Below are positions 34,948 through 37,459 of a DNA stretch of 37,459 nt, piece after piece; within the stretch, counting starts at the first letter, position 1, and every line of letters starts with the position of its first letter. This stretch comes from an uncultured Candidatus Saccharibacteria bacterium. GTDB taxonomy: Bacteria; Patescibacteriota; Minisyncoccia; Phycocordibacterales; Phycocordibacteraceae. The stretch lies in assembly GCA_964650475.1 (NCBI GenBank), contig CAZYRK010000005.1, positions 1 through 37,459 of the forward strand, read 5' to 3'. Both the position numbers and the translations under genes were made by a program. The notes under the pieces are model-generated. The model saw only the letters and a program-made list of their open reading frames with translations. It searched no databases and was not told the DNA's origin.

Positions 34948-35652
34948 GTGACTATCTCTTCAATCGCCACAATAATAGTAAGCGGAATACTTCCGCCTCT
35001 TTTATGGCTTTATTTTTTACTGAAAGAAGACTCTCGAAACCCCGAACCGAAGCGTATTATCGCTCTGGCATTTTTTGCAGGCATGCTTTGCGTTCCTATT
35101 GCGATTCCTATTGAACAGTACACATACGCGCACCTTAGCAAAACCCTCTTAGTTGTTATTTCGTGGGCAACAATAGAAGAAACTGTAAAATATGCGCTCG
35201 CCGCCCTTTTAATACTCTGGCGACCCGCGGTAGACGAACCGCTCGATTATGTGATTTACCTTATTACCGTAGCTCTCGGTTTTGCAGCAATGGAAAACAT
35301 GCTTTTTCTTTTTTCACCGGTTACAGCCGGACACCTTACAAGCTGGTTTATAATAGGTGACCTACGCTTCCTCGGAGCAAACATTTTACACGTTGTCGCA
35401 TCTGCAACGATAGGTTTTGCGTTTGCTTTTTCGTACGCAAAAAAACCTGTAGTACGAATGCTGTACGCATCGGTCGGCGTTATCCTCGCCATATCATTGC
35501 ACGCTGGGTTTAATCTACTTATAATGAGTCAAGGTGGATCGCGCGCGTTCGAAGCACTCTTATTGGTATGGAGTAGCCTCATTGTTGTGCTCGCACTGTT
35601 TGAAGTTGTAAAATATCGCACCTACAGAAATTTACCAGCCCATATTCGCTAA
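34948..35652 (+). CDS. prsW: PrsW-family intramembrane glutamic metalloprotease
   Basis: 234 aa, multi-TM; PEP, IEETVK, LGFAAMEN, LHVVASA, LHAGFN. Confidence 0.9.
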   Translation: MTISSIATIIVSGILPPLLWLYFLLKEDSRNPEPKRIIALAFFAGMLCVPIAIPIEQYTYAHLSKTLLVVISWATIEETVKYALAALLILWRPAVDEPLDYVIYLITVALGFAAMENMLFLFSPVTAGHLTSWFIIGDLRFLGANILHVVASATIGFAFAFSYAKKPVVRMLYASVGVILAISLHAGFNLLIMSQGGSRAFEALLLVWSSLIVVLALFEVVKYRTYRNLPAHIR

Positions 35653-35721
35653 CCATTAAAGAACTCATTTCAAAAGACTCACAAAAAGCTCTGATTTGAT
35701 TTCCAGTACAATTTCCATTCT

Positions 35722-36192
35722 ATGTTTAAAAAACGCTCCATTTTCTCACGGCTATCAGGCACTGTGCCAAATGACGAAAAGTTCGACTCGTTTGAAGACG
35801 AGTTTCCAGAACCGCAAACAAATAACGACAAGATAACTGAGGAGCTTGAGGAAGAAGCAGACGCAGGACAGCTTCCGACAGACGTGTTTCAAACACCGGA
35901 CGATATAATAATCCATGCTTTTGTAGCCGGAGTGCGTCCGGACGAGCTCAATGTTTCCATAAGTCGCGACATTGTTGTCATCGAAGGAACGCGTGCGGAG
36001 ATACAACAGGTTTCCGAGGCAGATTACTTCACGCGCGAGCTTTTCTGGGGCTCTTTCACACGAACAATAATGCTCCCGCAAGAAGTAGACGTGGACAACG
36101 CCGTTGCACACTCAAAAGACGGATTAATGACGATTACACTCCCAAAACTCGACCGAACAAAACAAACAAAACTACGCGTTAAGTCCGGCTAA
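35722..36192 (+). CDS. Small heat-shock protein (Hsp20/alpha-crystallin)
   Basis: 156 aa; DVFQTPDDIII, GV-PDELNV, RELFWGSF-R-I-LP, KDGLMTITLPK. Confidence 0.92.
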   Translation: MFKKRSIFSRLSGTVPNDEKFDSFEDEFPEPQTNNDKITEELEEEADAGQLPTDVFQTPDDIIIHAFVAGVRPDELNVSISRDIVVIEGTRAEIQQVSEADYFTRELFWGSFTRTIMLPQEVDVDNAVAHSKDGLMTITLPKLDRTKQTKLRVKSG

Positions 36193-36207
36193 TTTCCACA
36201 CCGATAC

Positions 36208-36256
36208 CAAAAACCAAAACACCAAACCGCGTAGCGGTTTGGTGTTTTGGTTTTTG
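36208..36256 (+). terminator. Perfect 23-bp hairpin after hsp20
   Basis: CAAAAACCAAAACACCAAACCGC-GTA-GCGGTTTGGTGTTTTGGTTTTTG. Confidence 0.8.
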
Positions 36257-36297
36257 CCACATCCTCACCAGTATCCTCACTCTGTACATAAAATATT

Positions 36298-36650
36298 TTG
36301 GGAAGGTCTAACCTTCCCAACTTTCCAAACTAAAAAGTACGCGGTACGTTTGCGATGGATAGGGAAAGACCCGGGGTGAGCGGTCTCGAGCGTCTCTGCC
36401 GACACTTAGTGTCGGCAGAAAGTAATGTAGCTAATGTAGCGCGGGGCTTTGCGGACACTTAGTGTCGGCAGAGAGAGAAAACCACGCGATACGTTGCAAG
36501 AGCGTGAGGAAAATCTAGTGGCAAGCTCCACTACGGGGCTTTGCGGACACTAAGTGTCCGCAAAAGACACTTAGACACTTTGCGGACACTTAGTGTCCGC
36601 AAAAAGAGGCCCGCTAGAATTAACAGCTAAAAACCTAAGCGGTACGTTGC
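36298..36650. repeat. Mosaic palindromic repeat cluster downstream of tRNA-Phe (modules A, B, C)
   Basis: A 36298-36320; B 36339-53, 36484-97, 36637-50; C core GACACT(T/A)AGTGTC at 36401, 36454, 36546, 36585. Confidence 0.9.
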
Positions 36651-36670
36651 GGTTGCAATTTTAAACAAAA

Positions 36671-36747
36671 TGGTGCCTGGGGTCGGATTTGAACCGACGA
36701 CCCTTCGCTCTTCAAGCGAACGCTCTAACCAACTGAGCTACCCAGGC
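36671..36747 (-). tRNA. tRNA-Phe(GAA), CCA encoded, G37
   Basis: GCCTGGGTAGCTCAGTTGGTTAGAGCG-TTCGC-TTGAAGA-GCGAA-GGGTC-GTCGGTTCAAATCCGAC-CCCAGGC-ACCA. Confidence 0.97.
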
Positions 36748-36833
36748 AGATAACAAAAATATAACATATCCTTATGTGTTTTGCCTCCCACGAACACTCC
36801 AGAACTCTACTATTACCCGCACCTAGCGATACT

Positions 36834-37175
36834 TTAAGGTGTAGAGGTAACCTGCTGTACCGCCTGTGTTGCGGTGTGCGAAAGATTCTTTGCTGTATCA
36901 AGAGCGTGCTGTATAGAGCTAACAGACGGTAAACCAAGAGCATTTAAGATGTGATTTCCACCAGAACCGCCTGCGGGAATAATGCTCGCCACAATCGGAG
37001 CCAAATATGTAAAATAAAGATACGTAGGAATTCCGAACATGATAATCCAAAAAAGTATCTTACCGACAAAACCAAAACGCGCGGAGCGGCGCATCGAGTG
37101 AAGCATTTTGTTGTTTTCTTTGGAAACAGAAATACTCTCCTCCAACAAATCTCTCATATCTTTATCTCCTTCCAT
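36834..37175 (-). CDS. Hypothetical single-pass membrane protein (start may be the second Met at 37157)
   Basis: 113 aa; N-terminal LLEE-I-VSKENNKMLHSMRR, one TM; TG-G-TAAAAT upstream; AAGGAG before the second Met. Confidence 0.7.
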   Translation of the reverse strand: MEGDKDMRDLLEESISVSKENNKMLHSMRRSARFGFVGKILFWIIMFGIPTYLYFTYLAPIVASIIPAGGSGGNHILNALGLPSVSSIQHALDTAKNLSHTATQAVQQVTSTP

Positions 37176-37230
37176 ATCCTCCGTATTTTACCACATAGAA
37201 ACCCGCACATGTTTTATAACTCCACACTGT

Positions 37231-37420
37231 TTGCGGTACGTTGCAAACAGGGCCGACAGTTGGGAAGGTCTAACCTCTTCCCAACTCTGCCGACACTTAG
37301 TGTCGGCAGAAAGTAATGTAGCTAATGTAGCGCGGGGTTTTGCGGACACTTAGTGTCCGCAAAACCCACTTAGACACTTTGCGGACACTTAGTGTCCGCA
37401 AAAAACTTAGTGTCCGCAAA
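37231..37420. repeat. Mosaic palindromic repeat cluster downstream of the edge tRNA (modules B, A, C)
   Basis: B 37231-44; A with 2-nt insertion 37258-86; C core at 37292, 37345, 37384 plus a half-site at 37405-20; 37285-37357 matches 36394-36466 at 72/73. Confidence 0.9.
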
Positions 37421-37437
37421 AAAACACATTTTGAATG

Positions 37438-37459
37438 TGCCCTCGGCAGGAATCGAACC
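37438..37459 (-). tRNA. 3' end of a tRNA truncated by the window edge (identity uncertain, possibly Arg)
   Basis: Minus strand GGTTCGATTCCTGC-CGAGGGC-A: T-loop, T-stem and acceptor 3' strand; anticodon lies outside the window. Confidence 0.75.

Noticed and set aside
36394-37420. CRISPR array interpretation of the GACACTTAGTGTC repeats
   Set aside because: Spacing is irregular, intervening sequences are themselves repeated or very short, orientation and arms vary, and no cas gene or leader is present.
1-37459. UGA recoding (genetic code 25, as in Gracilibacteria/Absconditabacteria)
   Set aside because: TGA terminates genes at expected lengths in eight ATGA overlaps, and no conserved gene is interrupted by in-frame TGA.

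Overview
A gene-dense stretch of a small-genome bacterium that reads as Patescibacteria/CPR (Parcubacteria-like). This assignment is an inference from gene content and style, not from a marker search. It rests on a four-domain S1, CPR-style bS21, tandem VirB2/TrbC-like pilins, a truncated ValRS, many ATGA-coupled genes and few Shine-Dalgarno sites. The code is standard code 11, because TGA acts as stop in eight ATGA overlaps. Core genes are mreB, murA, priA, gyrA, rpsA, pth, lepB, rpsU, ybeY, ftsA, ftsZ, a TrxB/AhpF-type reductase, two RNA methyltransferases, a DHH phosphoesterase, tsaD, valS, prsW and hsp20. There are five complete tRNAs (Ala-CGC, Ser-CGA, Glu-TTC, Val-GAC, Phe-GAA) and one partial tRNA at the right edge. 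Accessory content includes a GH100-like hydrolase plus sucrose-phosphatase-like pair, an AT-rich island at the tRNA-Ser 3' end with an AbiL/RloAB-type ATPase + TOPRIM-like pair, and a small three-repeat beta-propeller gene. The most notable unexplained signals are: (i) a modular family of intergenic palindromic repeats (GACACTTAGTGTC, TTGGGAAGG-TCTAA-CCTTCCCAA, CG[G/A]TACGTTGC) clustered behind tRNA 3' ends and after tsaD; (ii) an inverted copy of the tRNA-Ser 3' end in its own trailer; (iii) three apparent pseudo-enzymes (HisRS paralogue, MBL-fold protein, helicase-dead PriA); (iv) unusually long perfect hairpins; (v) a recurring promoter geometry implying leaderless mRNAs; and (vi) a structured rpsA leader. 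No CRISPR array, integrase, transposase or rRNA was seen. All family assignments are by motif recognition only; no searches were run.
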